Of a stretch of 64,000 nucleotides of DNA, positions 53,098 to 63,484 are shown piece by piece. The number at the start of each line of letters is the position of its first letter. The stretch's first letter is position 1. This stretch comes from Deltaproteobacteria bacterium (lineage in GTDB: Bacteria > Myxococcota_A > Polyangia > Fen-1088): contig JANRKS010000009.1 of NCBI GenBank assembly GCA_033763315.1, positions 1 to 64,000 of the forward strand. Direction: 5' to 3'. The notes below the pieces were generated by a model that saw nothing but the letters and a program-made list of their open reading frames with translations, ran no database searches and was not told the origin of the DNA. The position numbers were made by a program, and so were the translations under genes.

Positions 53098-53793
53098 TTA
53101 GACATTTGCGCGCTGCTTGACCGCGTTGCGGGCCAGCTCATCGCAGCGCTCGTTCTCGGGGATGCCAGCGTGTCCTTCCACTTTTACAAACCTTAGATTG
53201 GGGTGGTGGCGCAGCATCTCGCGAATTTCGCCAATCAACTCGGCGTTGGCCTTGGCCTTCCAGCCTTGGCTGAGAACGCCAATGCAGTAAGAAGAATCGG
53301 TGTGAACGGCCATGGGCGCCTGCGGGTCAACGCCCAACTTCATAGCCATCTCAACGCCCCGGCTGATCGCGGTCAGTTCCGCGATGTTGTTGGTGCCAAG
53401 ACCCAAGTACTCGCCGCGTTCGATGCGCTTGCCAGGCGTGATCACCACCATGCCGATGCCCATGGGCCCCGGGTTGCCTGTGCACGCCCCATCGGTCCAT
53501 ATCGCGATGGCGCCCGCCAAAGGTTTGCCTGCCAGGTATGACGTGGCCGTCGCTTTGGGCGCGGCTTTGGTTGCGGTGGCGCCCGTTGAAGCCTTCTTGC
53601 GCGTGCGGTTGTCGGGCGGCGGATCGTTGGCTCCAGGTGCCTTTAAGTTCACCGCCGCCGGGCGATAGGATTTCACATCGTTCTCGCGGTATTTCATCTC
53701 GGCGCGGCCCTCGGCGTCCACGACGGGCTTGCCGCTGTCATCGGTGTTCACCCACACCGTTTGGTCTTTGAACCGCATCTTCTGCCAAGGCAT
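53098..53793 (-). CDS. rnhA: Ribonuclease HI with an N-terminal extra domain
   Basis: WTDGACTGNPG; TNNIAEL; HTDSSY; KVEGHAG...NERCDELA. Confidence 0.92.
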   Translation of the reverse strand: MPWQKMRFKDQTVWVNTDDSGKPVVDAEGRAEMKYRENDVKSYRPAAVNLKAPGANDPPPDNRTRKKASTGATATKAAPKATATSYLAGKPLAGAIAIWTDGACTGNPGPMGIGMVVITPGKRIERGEYLGLGTNNIAELTAISRGVEMAMKLGVDPQAPMAVHTDSSYCIGVLSQGWKAKANAELIGEIREMLRHHPNLRFVKVEGHAGIPENERCDELARNAVKQRANV

Positions 53794-53875
53794 CGGCGGC
53801 GCACTATAGCAACGACCGTCGCCGATGCTTCGCCAATCGCCAGGGTGCGGGTCTGCTGGTAGGCTGCTGGGGCTT

Positions 53876-54895
53876 ATGGATCGTATTGCGTACGCGCGCC
53901 GCGGCTGGCTCAAGGGGGCGTCCGTGTGGGCGCTCTTGATGACGCTGGTGGGTGTCGCGGGATGCAAAGGCTGTGAAGCACCCGGGCAACGTCTGGCGGA
54001 TCCGGCGTTGGCCTTGCTGCCTGCGCGCGCGCAGACAGTGGTTTCGTTGGACCTAAGCCAAGTGCGCCGGTCGGTTTTGTGGAAGGCCGTGGCCACGGCG
54101 GGGCAACGCAGCAGCGACGACTTGAAGATTCTGGAAGGCGTCAAAGCGCGCACGGGCTTCGATCCTTTGGTGGACGTGCATCGTTTGGTGTTCGCGTTCC
54201 CCGAAGACGCGCGGGCCAATGGGGAATTTGCGTTGTTGGCGTTTGGCGATCATCTGGACGAACGTCGCTTGGTTTCATACGCGCGCGACGAGGCCAAAGC
54301 GCGGGGCTTCGACCTTCGTCAACAAGAGCACGCGGGGCAACGATTGTGGGTGGGCAGCGATGAACAAACGAAACGTGCCGGTTTCTTCTTGAACGATCAC
54401 ACGTTTGTGTTGGGTGGCGGTGGTTGGGCGCAACAAATGGCCGCGTCGGTGGCGCAACCGCCAGAAGCGTTGCCGACACACGCGGAGCTTTCGCATTTGT
54501 GCGCGCGTATTGGCACGGGCCACGCGGCGTGGGCTGTGGCGGTGGTGCCGAACGCCACGCGTACACGTTTGGCCGGACTGCCGCGCTTCGCTGCCGCATC
54601 CAACATTGCGCGGGTTGCGGTGACGCTTGATTTGAAAGACGGACTTGCGGCGAGTTTGCGGGCCGAACTTTCAACGAAAGAGGACGCGCAAGCGCTTGCG
54701 GCGGAAGTGAACAATTACATCCGGGAAGCAAAGCAAAGCCCCAAGCTGTTGTTGATGGGCATCGGCCCTTGGTTGGAGGGCGTCGCGGCCCGTGCACAAG
54801 GGCCCAACGTGACCGTATCGCTGCAATTGAACGCGGGGCAAGCGCAGGCGATGGCCGATCGTCTGGCAGCGCTCATGCAGCTGATGAAGCGATAG
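53876..54895 (+). CDS. Hypothetical lipoprotein
   Basis: VAGC lipobox; LALLPA...GFDPLVDV; start uncertain. Confidence 0.7.
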   Translation: MDRIAYARRGWLKGASVWALLMTLVGVAGCKGCEAPGQRLADPALALLPARAQTVVSLDLSQVRRSVLWKAVATAGQRSSDDLKILEGVKARTGFDPLVDVHRLVFAFPEDARANGEFALLAFGDHLDERRLVSYARDEAKARGFDLRQQEHAGQRLWVGSDEQTKRAGFFLNDHTFVLGGGGWAQQMAASVAQPPEALPTHAELSHLCARIGTGHAAWAVAVVPNATRTRLAGLPRFAAASNIARVAVTLDLKDGLAASLRAELSTKEDAQALAAEVNNYIREAKQSPKLLLMGIGPWLEGVAARAQGPNVTVSLQLNAGQAQAMADRLAALMQLMKR

Positions 54896-54897
54896 GC

Positions 54898-57084
54898 ATG
54901 ATCGGGTGGCGCATGAGAACCCTGGTGGCACTTCACACGGCAAGTCTTGTGTGCGGCTTGTGGGCCATGGCCTGCGATGGGGGCAGGCAAGGCGAAGCCA
55001 CACGCGGGCGCCAGCCAGCGACGCCCGGTGAAACGGTGCCACTGTGTGACGCGCAAACGCCGTGTGCGCCGGGATGGGGATGCGTGCCTGCCACGCGCGA
55101 CATCGGCCGATGCTTGCCGCGCGGCGCACCGGGCGCTTTGTGCATGGTGGGACCCCCGGGGGAAGGCACTTGCAATAGCGGGCTTTTGTGCGCAGGCAAA
55201 GGGGGCACGTGCGTGCCGATCGTGGGCGCGGGTCAGGCTTGCACGGCTGCGGCGTGTGCGCCGCCGTTCGTATGCGATCGCGATGGCAGCTTTGATCCTG
55301 TGTGCGCGTCCCCGGGCGATGATCACGGCGCTTGTCGGGCGCAACCACCCGTGTGCAACGCGGGCCTTGGTTGTTTGGCTGGCATTTGCAGGGCGTTGTC
55401 CATGAGCGGAACTTGCTTTGCCAACGGCACGTACACCCCTTGTCCGACCGGTCAATTGTGCTCGCACTTCTTTGGTGATCCCGGCGAGACGCCAGGGAAG
55501 TGTTTGGTGCCCAGCATCGTCGGGGGCGCGTGCGGCGATCCAGATCTTGGCCGCCCCGTTTGCGTGGAACCCGCGTTGTGTGTGCAGGGCGTGTGCCGCT
55601 TGGATGCCGTTCCTTTGGGGGGCACGTGCTTGCCGCAAGCGCCTCACGTGCAGTGTGCAGACGCAGGTGCCTGCGTGCGAAACGTGTGCATCAGCAAGGG
55701 CACCGAGACGGCGCCGTGCCGTGCTTTGCCTTCCGCGCCCTGTGACCCGGGGCTTACGTGTAAGGACGGTGCATGCCGCAGCTTTATTGCTGACGGGCAA
55801 AGCTGCGAACCAAAATCGGGTGCCTTGGTTGATTGTCGCGCGGGCTCGTCTTGTGTGCGCGCAGGCCCGGCGTATGTTTGTGCGCGCGATGGCTTGGAGG
55901 GCGGCGCGTGTCGCGCGGGCGAGGTGCCATGCGACGATGGGCTCGTGTGCGCGCGCAATCTCGACGGAACAAAAGTGTGTCGTGTGCCGCTGCCGCTGGG
56001 CGCCCCGTGCAGTTTGGCGCGCGAGCCCTTTGAACCTTGCACGGCAGAATCCTCGTGCAGCAAAGCAACGCGCGTGTGTGAAAGCAATGGCAGCTTAGGC
56101 GCGGCCTGCCTTGCAGAGCAGCGCTGCGACACGGGGCTTTGGTGCGTGCCGGATAATGGCGTGAACCGTTGCCATCTGGCACCAGCTGCGGTGGCGGTGG
56201 GCCAGGCGTGCGACACCAACCCTGTGGCTTCGTTGCGTACGAACCGCTGTGAAGCGGGCACGCAGTGTGTGGCGGGCTTATGCGTGTCGTGGGGCTCCGC
56301 GGGCGCGTCATGCCGGCCCTTGGGTGTGGCCCCGTCGCGTTGCGATGCGGGCCTCGCATGCATGGCAGGCTCATGCCAGCCCGGCGCACCCGTGGGCGCT
56401 GAATGTTTGCCGGGCGGTGACGCCGAATGCGCAGCGCCTGCGCTGTGTGTTGCCGGCGTTTGTCGGATGGTGAACGGTTATGCGCTCACGCTTGAGCCGC
56501 GTGAACCGTTTGTGGATGCCTGCGAAGGCGGCACACCATTGGCGTTGACGTCGTCGCTGTTTACCAGCGCGCCCAAGGACGATGGTGACGAAGTGGTTGC
56601 GTTGCCGTTTGCGTTCACCTTTTATGGTGAGCCGCACGTCAATATTGCAATCAGCGTCAATGGTGTGGCCGGCTTTCCCGGGCCCGGCGCGTTCTTGAAT
56701 CCAGGCGCTGGCGGCGTGTTGCCAAGCGCCGGTCAACCCGCCCTTATCGCGCCGTTTTGGGATGATCTGGTCGCCAGCGGCGCGTCTGGCGTGTGCACAA
56801 AAACGACCGGCATCATGGGCGACCGTCGCTTCGTCGTGACATGGCGCCGCGTGCAGCGCTTTGGTTACCGCGATTCATCGCTCACGTTTTCGATGCTGCT
56901 GCGCGAGCGTGATGGGGCGGTGACATTCGCTTATGACGATCTTTATGCCCCCGCCGGATCGGAAAGCGCCGTGAGCGGTGTGCGCGCCACCCGCGGCCTG
57001 CAAGCAGCGGGTGGTTTCGCTTCGGTGCAAAGCAGCGCAGCGGTGTCATTGACACAACAGCTTTCATTTGTGCCGCTTCCCTGA
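54898..57084 (+). CDS. Cys-rich repeat lipoprotein with a C-terminal nidogen-like domain
   Basis: AMAC lipobox; many C-x-x-G-L-x-C units; LPFAFTFYG...SVNG...IAPFWDDL. Confidence 0.8.
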   Translation: MIGWRMRTLVALHTASLVCGLWAMACDGGRQGEATRGRQPATPGETVPLCDAQTPCAPGWGCVPATRDIGRCLPRGAPGALCMVGPPGEGTCNSGLLCAGKGGTCVPIVGAGQACTAAACAPPFVCDRDGSFDPVCASPGDDHGACRAQPPVCNAGLGCLAGICRALSMSGTCFANGTYTPCPTGQLCSHFFGDPGETPGKCLVPSIVGGACGDPDLGRPVCVEPALCVQGVCRLDAVPLGGTCLPQAPHVQCADAGACVRNVCISKGTETAPCRALPSAPCDPGLTCKDGACRSFIADGQSCEPKSGALVDCRAGSSCVRAGPAYVCARDGLEGGACRAGEVPCDDGLVCARNLDGTKVCRVPLPLGAPCSLAREPFEPCTAESSCSKATRVCESNGSLGAACLAEQRCDTGLWCVPDNGVNRCHLAPAAVAVGQACDTNPVASLRTNRCEAGTQCVAGLCVSWGSAGASCRPLGVAPSRCDAGLACMAGSCQPGAPVGAECLPGGDAECAAPALCVAGVCRMVNGYALTLEPREPFVDACEGGTPLALTSSLFTSAPKDDGDEVVALPFAFTFYGEPHVNIAISVNGVAGFPGPGAFLNPGAGGVLPSAGQPALIAPFWDDLVASGASGVCTKTTGIMGDRRFVVTWRRVQRFGYRDSSLTFSMLLRERDGAVTFAYDDLYAPAGSESAVSGVRATRGLQAAGGFASVQSSAAVSLTQQLSFVPLP

Positions 57085-57122
57085 TGTTGATTTTGCGGTG
57101 ACATTGGCAAACGCTTCGGGCA

Positions 57123-58775
57123 TTGTGGCCGGTCGTGGATCGAACCCCTGAAGAATTGCTGGCCTTGGTGCGAAGCAGTGGCTTTACGCCTTCTGCGCGT
57201 GACCTGCCGGCGTTGTTCGATCTCGTGGCTGCCGCCGATAGAGACGTGGCGCGCATGGCGATTCGATCACTGGCGCGCCTGGGTGCCTTGGCCTTGCCTG
57301 AGGCGATGACCCGCTTTGACGATGCCGTTCCTCCGTTGCGCGCGCGCCTTTGTGATCTGGTGGCCGTGCTTGGCGAAGACCTGCGCGATGTGACGGTTGG
57401 TCCATGGCTGCTGGCGCGGTTGGGCGATGCTGATGGTGTGACCCGCCGCCGCGCGGCCTTGCAGTTAGGCAAACGTGTGACAGCGTGGCCCCATGAACGA
57501 GATCTCGCTGAAGCGGCTTTGACGCAGGCCTTTGCCACCACCACCGATCTGGCTGATCGTCGCGCGCTGGCCGAAGCGTTGGGCCGCTTGGGCTCGGGGC
57601 AAGCGCTCAAAGCTTTAGACGCTCAGCCGCCGGCCGCAGCGCAGGACGCGTTGCTTGAACAGCGCCTCACCCAGGCGCGCCTGCGCATCGAACAGCGTGA
57701 ACTGCGACGCGTGGCTTCGACGATCACGCTTGATGCCCCGCTGGGGCAACCCACGGCGATTTTGTTGCACGTGCGTTCGGGGCTTGAGGGGATGTTGCTT
57801 GACGAACTGCAAGCGGTGCCCGGCTTGTTAACGGTGCCGCGCGAAGTGGGCGCGGGCCGCGTGCGTGTGATGACAACCGGCACCTTGCGTCCGTTGTTTG
57901 CGGCGCGCACCTTCATGCATCTGGGGTTCCCGATCGAGTTCGACAGCGATCCCCACGACGTTGTGGGCTCTGTAGTGGATGCGCTCGTGATGCCATCCAC
58001 ACAAGCGTTGTTTAGATCGCTCACCGATGGCCCCGTGCGGTTTCGCATCAATTGGGCGGGTGGGGGCCAACGCCGCAGCGATACGCGTGCGGTTGCGGAG
58101 CGTGTGGTGCAAGCGGTGCCGTGGTTGATCAACGATTCAACGCAAGCGCCTTGGGAAGTGGTGGTTAGTGAAGTGGTGGGCAAAACGGGGCCGCGCGTGT
58201 TTGTTGAGCTGTGGCCGCAAAAACTTGTGGATCCGCGGTTTGCGTACCGCAAGGCCACGATGCCGGCGTCGTCGCATCCCACGATCGCCGCGGCCCTCGT
58301 GCGGGTGGCGGGGTGCCGGGCCGGGGACGTGGTGTGGGATCCGTTTGTCGGCACAGGCATGGAGCTGGCTGAACGTAGTTTGGCGGGCCCTTACAAGCAG
58401 TTGTTCGGCACGGACGTTGACCCGCAGGCCATCGCCGCCGCGCAAGAGAATGTGGCGTCTGCGAAAGCACAACGCGTGACGCTCACCTTGCAGGACGCGC
58501 GCACCTTCGCACCGCCGCTGCCTTTGTCGCTTGTAATCACAAACCCTCCGTTTGGCCGTCGCGTGGCGGTCAGTGAGGGCGTGCGTGAGTTATTGGAAGA
58601 TGTGCTCGGCCACGCGGCCGCACTGCTCGGGCCGCAAGGGCGGATGGCGTTTATCACGCCGCGTGTGCACGCCACAGAGGCCGTGATGTTGCGTGCGGGC
58701 TTGGTGCGGCAGCAGCAGCTGCCTGTGGATGTGGGCGGTTTCTCCGCGCACCTTGAGTTGTGGCAGCGGCGTTAG
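57123..58775 (+). CDS. HEAT-repeat/THUMP-like/SAM methyltransferase fusion (UPF0020-like RNA methylase)
   Basis: N-terminal HEAT-like helices (ALAEALGRLG); ASSHPTIAAAL; WDPFVGTG; TNPPFG. Confidence 0.8.
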   Translation: MWPVVDRTPEELLALVRSSGFTPSARDLPALFDLVAAADRDVARMAIRSLARLGALALPEAMTRFDDAVPPLRARLCDLVAVLGEDLRDVTVGPWLLARLGDADGVTRRRAALQLGKRVTAWPHERDLAEAALTQAFATTTDLADRRALAEALGRLGSGQALKALDAQPPAAAQDALLEQRLTQARLRIEQRELRRVASTITLDAPLGQPTAILLHVRSGLEGMLLDELQAVPGLLTVPREVGAGRVRVMTTGTLRPLFAARTFMHLGFPIEFDSDPHDVVGSVVDALVMPSTQALFRSLTDGPVRFRINWAGGGQRRSDTRAVAERVVQAVPWLINDSTQAPWEVVVSEVVGKTGPRVFVELWPQKLVDPRFAYRKATMPASSHPTIAAALVRVAGCRAGDVVWDPFVGTGMELAERSLAGPYKQLFGTDVDPQAIAAAQENVASAKAQRVTLTLQDARTFAPPLPLSLVITNPPFGRRVAVSEGVRELLEDVLGHAAALLGPQGRMAFITPRVHATEAVMLRAGLVRQQQLPVDVGGFSAHLELWQRR

Positions 58776-60091
58776 GCCAAAAGGCCCGGCAAGGGACCTT
58801 TGCCTGTGTCGGTCTTGCCAAATGTATCGGCAGCGATGCCGAACGCGTTGAGCGCCGCCACAAGCAAGCGGTTGTGGATGACGTTATCGAATTGCATGAA
58901 CCGGCCCATGCGCATGGCACCCGCAGCGCCACCGGCCACCACGAATGGTGTTTTTTGGAAGGAGTGCGTGTTGCCTTTGCCCAGCTCGGAGCCCCAGATG
59001 ACCAGGGTGTTATCGAGCATTGTGCCTGTGCCTTCTTTGACGGCGTCCAACTGATCAAGAAGGTATGCGAAACGCCCCGCGTACCACGCATAGATGTTGG
59101 TTAAATCCTCTTTGGCCTGCGCGTCGCTGTCACCCGCGTGGGTTAGCAGGTGGTGCCCCATGCGTGTGATGCCGAGCCAACTATAAGTGCCGTTGTCGTT
59201 GTCGCCCACGGTGTACTGCAGGCTTGCCACACGCGTGAGGTCACAGGCCAAGGCCGCAGCCATCAGTTCCATTTGGCGATCAATCACAGTGGGTGTGTTG
59301 GCTTCGTTGAACGCATCCACGTTCATGCCCATCGTGGGCGCCGCGCAAACCTTTGGCGTTGCCAGCAGGCGCTTCTCGATGTTCGCGATGCCATCAATGT
59401 GAGCCTGAATGCGTGGCTGATCCGCGGCGGGCGCACGTGTTTTCAACGCGTCCAACTCTTGTTTGAGCACATCCACGCTGGCTTTGCGCTGTTTGAGCAC
59501 CGTTGAGCTGCGCGCCCCGAACAAACGATCGAACATCGCGTAGGGATTGGCCTCGGGCGCCAGTGGCTGTTTGGGCGCAGCGTAGATCATGCGGGACGCT
59601 GGATTGCTGCCTCCGCTGCGCACCCCAAACTCAAGCGATTTCCAGGGCGTGGTAAGGCCAATCTTCTGGGCGATCACTTGGTCAATGGAAGCGCTGCTGT
59701 TCCAGCCGAAGAAACGACCGCCCGAGCCATCGGCGCGAATGAAGGTTTGATCTTCAAGCAGCGGGGAGGCCGACCATAGCAGCGACGGCCCTTTGGTGTG
59801 CGGCGCACCGACGCCATCGGCCTTGATCTGGAGGCCCGCCAGCACCGCAATTTTCTTTTGGTGGCGCTCAAGTGGCTTGAGGATGCGCGACAGTGTGAAC
59901 GCGCTGTCCGTGCCTGTGGGAACCCAGTTGTCCCAGATGGTGCCGTGAGGCGTGAAGAACAGCACCAACCGTTTGGGTGGTGCCTCGGCGCCGCTGGCGT
60001 TCAGCAGCGGCAAGAACGGCGCGACGGCCGCCGAGACGCCCAACCGTGAAAGCAGCGCGCGGCGACCAAAGTGCGGGTTAAAACGGCTCAT
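58772..60091 (-). CDS. DUF1552 (HXXSHH) protein with a Tat-like leader
   Basis: GRRALL; KRLVLFFTPHG; SIDQVIA; LACDLTRVA; GHHLLTH; LDNTL...SELG. Confidence 0.92.
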   Translation of the reverse strand: MSRFNPHFGRRALLSRLGVSAAVAPFLPLLNASGAEAPPKRLVLFFTPHGTIWDNWVPTGTDSAFTLSRILKPLERHQKKIAVLAGLQIKADGVGAPHTKGPSLLWSASPLLEDQTFIRADGSGGRFFGWNSSASIDQVIAQKIGLTTPWKSLEFGVRSGGSNPASRMIYAAPKQPLAPEANPYAMFDRLFGARSSTVLKQRKASVDVLKQELDALKTRAPAADQPRIQAHIDGIANIEKRLLATPKVCAAPTMGMNVDAFNEANTPTVIDRQMELMAAALACDLTRVASLQYTVGDNDNGTYSWLGITRMGHHLLTHAGDSDAQAKEDLTNIYAWYAGRFAYLLDQLDAVKEGTGTMLDNTLVIWGSELGKGNTHSFQKTPFVVAGGAAGAMRMGRFMQFDNVIHNRLLVAALNAFGIAADTFGKTDTGKGPLPGLLA

Positions 60092-61818
60092 GGTGTGCCT
60101 CCCACGGCGCCTGGGTGACGCAGCGAAAACGCATCTCCTGTGGCGATCGCCGTGATCAGGGTGCGAATGTTGTAATCATCGGCTTTGAAGGCCTCGATCG
60201 CCCTTTGCAGCAAGCACTCGTCGGCTTCGCTTTCGTTGCGACCCAAGGAGTAGCGGAACCACTGCCGGGCCACACACTCGCGCACCACGCTGCTTCGGCT
60301 CATCTTCTTTGCCAGTTCAACGCCGCCATTAAAGGCGCCGTTCAAATCGCCTGCCTCCACCACCATACCTGTGGCATCGATCGCTTTGCCTTCTTCGGTG
60401 TCACGCCACGCGCCCACGCCATCATAGTGTTCAAAGCCCAGGCCCACGCCGTCGATCAATTGGTGGCAACCTTTGCAGGTTTCGCCGGTTGAATGAGCGG
60501 CGAAGCGCTCGCGTGTGGTGGCCCCGGCTTTCGGCTCAGGCGCGATGGCGTTCACATTGGGTGGTGGGTCCGGCAAATCTTGGCACAACAGGTTGCGCCT
60601 GATCGCCACGCCGCGCGACACGGGCGACGTTTGATTGACGGCCGCGTGGACAGCCAAGAACGAAGCCTGCGTGAGCACGCCCGCACGTTGTTTCGGATCC
60701 AGCATCACAGGCGCTTTGACATCCGCGCCCGCTGGGCGTGTGGCACCGTAAAACGAAACCAAAGCGTCGGGCGCGATGGTGAACGGCGCGGTCAACAACG
60801 TCTCAAGCCGCCCGTCGCCTTTGCTGAGCACATAGTTCACGAAATCCTGCGTCTCGTTTTTGATCGAGCCCGAAACCTTATCGAAGCCGGGGAACTCGCG
60901 CCACAACGACCCCGCTGTCTCAATGTCCAGCCACTGCAAGTGAAAGCTTGAGATGGTGGTGCGGGCTTTGTCGCTGGCGAGCAGGCGCGTGATCTGCTGC
61001 TGCACGCCCGCGGGTGTGCCCAATTGCCCGCTTTGCGCGGCGTCCAGCAGCTCAGCGTCGGGGCCGCTGCTCCACAAGAAGTACGAGAGGCGGCTGGCCA
61101 ATTCGAAGGGCGTCAGCCTCACCACGCCGGGGCGTCTCGGATCGGTCTCGCCAATTTCGATCAAGTAAAGGAAGTGCGGCGATTCCAGCATCGTTGCCAC
61201 CACCGCGCCCACGCCTTCCGCAAAGGCGCCGGCCGCTTTGTAGAGCGCCTGGTAGCGCGCTTGCTCTTCCATGGTCAGCGGGCGTCGATACGCACGGCGG
61301 CCAAATTTCGTGATGAATTCAAACGCGCAAACTTCATCGCCTTTGGTTTTGCGATCACAGGCCACGATTGTGTCGGCTTTGCTCACCGCGGTGGCAGCCA
61401 CCTGTTCAGCGCTTTCCATGTACTGCGAGAGCGTGATGTCGGTGGCGTTGCCCACGAGGTTCGTTTTAAAAGGCCCCATGCGCTCATCGAGCGACAACCG
61501 ATCGATGTTCACGTTGGCCCCTGGAACAAGATCGCGAACCGTGTTGGCGTACTGATCGCGCGAAAGCCGCCGCCATGGCGATGGCCCCACATCTTGCCCG
61601 CACGCCGCCACAACACCGCCGCTGCCACCGCCGCCACCACGCCCCCCTTGCGGCACGCCACCGGCACCGCCTGAGCCTGCACCGCCGCTGGCACCAGGCG
61701 TTGCCGTTTGGCCATCCACCTGACCCGTGCACGCCGCACAGGCGAGCAGCAGGGTGAGGTTGAAAAAGCGCTTTGCCTTACGTCCCAAAGAACTCCACAT
61801 GAGACCGGTCCTAACCAT
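60088..61818 (-). CDS. DUF1592/1588/1595/1587/1585 protein (PSCyt-type lipoprotein with CxxCH)
   Basis: RRLSRDQYANTVRDL; GRRAYRRPL; SPHFLY; ELASRLSYFLW; RAGVLT; TSPVSRG; CKGCH. Confidence 0.93.
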   Translation of the reverse strand: MVRTGLMWSSLGRKAKRFFNLTLLLACAACTGQVDGQTATPGASGGAGSGGAGGVPQGGRGGGGGSGGVVAACGQDVGPSPWRRLSRDQYANTVRDLVPGANVNIDRLSLDERMGPFKTNLVGNATDITLSQYMESAEQVAATAVSKADTIVACDRKTKGDEVCAFEFITKFGRRAYRRPLTMEEQARYQALYKAAGAFAEGVGAVVATMLESPHFLYLIEIGETDPRRPGVVRLTPFELASRLSYFLWSSGPDAELLDAAQSGQLGTPAGVQQQITRLLASDKARTTISSFHLQWLDIETAGSLWREFPGFDKVSGSIKNETQDFVNYVLSKGDGRLETLLTAPFTIAPDALVSFYGATRPAGADVKAPVMLDPKQRAGVLTQASFLAVHAAVNQTSPVSRGVAIRRNLLCQDLPDPPPNVNAIAPEPKAGATTRERFAAHSTGETCKGCHQLIDGVGLGFEHYDGVGAWRDTEEGKAIDATGMVVEAGDLNGAFNGGVELAKKMSRSSVVRECVARQWFRYSLGRNESEADECLLQRAIEAFKADDYNIRTLITAIATGDAFSLRHPGAVGGTP

Positions 61819-61893
61819 GCCAGAAAAACGCCTGGTGGCCTACCCCGAAACTTGTAAACGCGCCCCATCGTGTAAGCTGCCCGCCTACCTTCC

Positions 61894-63474
61894 ATGTCCT
61901 CCGATACCTCGATCCCCGCTGCCACGTCGTCGCCTGCCTCTGCCACACCGAAGAAGAACGATGCCGCGGCCGTAGCGGGGCGGGGCGCGCTGTTCATCGG
62001 CGGCGCGAAAGTGGCGTTCATGATCGCGGGGTTCTTGCAGCGATGGTTGTTGGCGCGCGTGGTGGGGGCCGCCGAGTACGGCGCATTTTCTGTGGTGAAC
62101 GGCGCCATATCCACTGTGAACAACACGATGGTGCAAGGCACCACCCAAGGCGTGTGTAAGTACGCCGCCGAAGATGACGCCCGCGCCGGTGCCGTGGCAG
62201 CCGCCGGCCTTCGCCTGCAAATGTTTGTGGGCACGGCGGTGGGCCTATTGTTTTTGCTGGCAGCCCCGTGGTTGGCGCGTGCGTTGGGAGCCCCCAGTTA
62301 CTACGTCCCGTGGTTCCGCATCGTGGCGGCGATTCCGTTCTTGTATGGCTTTTACGCCGTATACGTGGGGCTTGCGAATGGCTTGCGCCGGTTTGCCACA
62401 CAAGCCGGGTTCGATGTGCTGTTCTCGTCGTTGAAAACGGTGTTGCTGTTAGGCGGCGCGCTTGCGTTTGGCAAAGCCTTCGCCTCACGAACCGCGCCTG
62501 TCACGGGCGCGTTCGTCGGCTTTGTGGCCACCGCCGTGATCGTGTTGCTCGTAGCCGCGCGTGTGATGGGCCGCGTGAAAGCCGCGCCAGGTGTCACGTT
62601 CCCGATCAAGCGTTTGGCATCCTTCATGACAGGCGTCGCGATTTACGCGGCGTTGGTGAACCTGGCGTTGAACTATGATTTGTTCTGGCTGCGCCGGTTC
62701 GCGGGTGCGGCTGTCACCGCAGCGCGTGCGGATGCGATCGTGGGCAACTATGAGGCCGTTCGCAATTTGGCATTGTTGCCTTATCAAGCGTTGATCGTCG
62801 TGACGTTCGTGGTGTTCCCCTTGGTTTCCCGCGTGACGTTTGAGCAAGATCGCGGCGCCACCGTCGCTTACGTGCGGCAGACCATGCGGATCGCTTTTGT
62901 GTTTTCAGCAGGCATGGGTTTGGCGCTTGGTTGCCGGCCTTCGGCATTGCTCGGCCTGCTTTACAAACCAGAATACCTTGAAGGCACGGCCGCTTTGCCG
63001 ATCTTGGCTGCCGGCTTGTGTTCATTGGCGTTGCTTGGTGTGGCGTGCGCCATCATCAATGCCGCCGGCAGCCCGCGCGTGGCGGTGTTGTTGGTGAGCG
63101 TCACGTTGATTGTGGGCAGTGGCAGTGCGTTGGTGATGGTGCCACACGCTGAAGCGGGCGCGGCGATGTTGCGTGCCCAAGCCTTGGCCACCGCGTTGGG
63201 CATGGGCGCAGGCTTCTTGGCCTCGATCGTTTATCTCATCCGCAGGTTTGGTGCCGCTGTGCCGGTGGCCACGGCTGCCCGCACGGCGCTTGCTTTGGCG
63301 GTGGGCGTGGGCGTGGCGCAAGTGATGCCAGGGCAGGGCCGTTTGATGGGCTTGATCTGCGTGGCGGCAGCGATGCTTGCGTTCGCCGCTACTTTGGTTT
63401 TGGCCCGCGAGCTGGGCCCGCAGGATCGGAAAAAGTTGGATCGATTGATAAGGCGCAAGCGGTCGGCAAGTTGA
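61894..63474 (+). CDS. Polysaccharide/oligosaccharide flippase (MOP family)
   Basis: About 13-14 TM; LARVVGAAEYGAF; VGNYEA; VVFPLVS. Confidence 0.85.
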   Translation: MSSDTSIPAATSSPASATPKKNDAAAVAGRGALFIGGAKVAFMIAGFLQRWLLARVVGAAEYGAFSVVNGAISTVNNTMVQGTTQGVCKYAAEDDARAGAVAAAGLRLQMFVGTAVGLLFLLAAPWLARALGAPSYYVPWFRIVAAIPFLYGFYAVYVGLANGLRRFATQAGFDVLFSSLKTVLLLGGALAFGKAFASRTAPVTGAFVGFVATAVIVLLVAARVMGRVKAAPGVTFPIKRLASFMTGVAIYAALVNLALNYDLFWLRRFAGAAVTAARADAIVGNYEAVRNLALLPYQALIVVTFVVFPLVSRVTFEQDRGATVAYVRQTMRIAFVFSAGMGLALGCRPSALLGLLYKPEYLEGTAALPILAAGLCSLALLGVACAIINAAGSPRVAVLLVSVTLIVGSGSALVMVPHAEAGAAMLRAQALATALGMGAGFLASIVYLIRRFGAAVPVATAARTALALAVGVGVAQVMPGQGRLMGLICVAAAMLAFAATLVLARELGPQDRKKLDRLIRRKRSAS

Positions 63475-63484
63475 AAGGCGCTCC

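Noticed and set aside
53794-54219. Longer RNase H N-terminus as given in the ORF track
   Set aside because: It overlaps the divergent lipoprotein gene; ATG at 53793 is the more plausible start.
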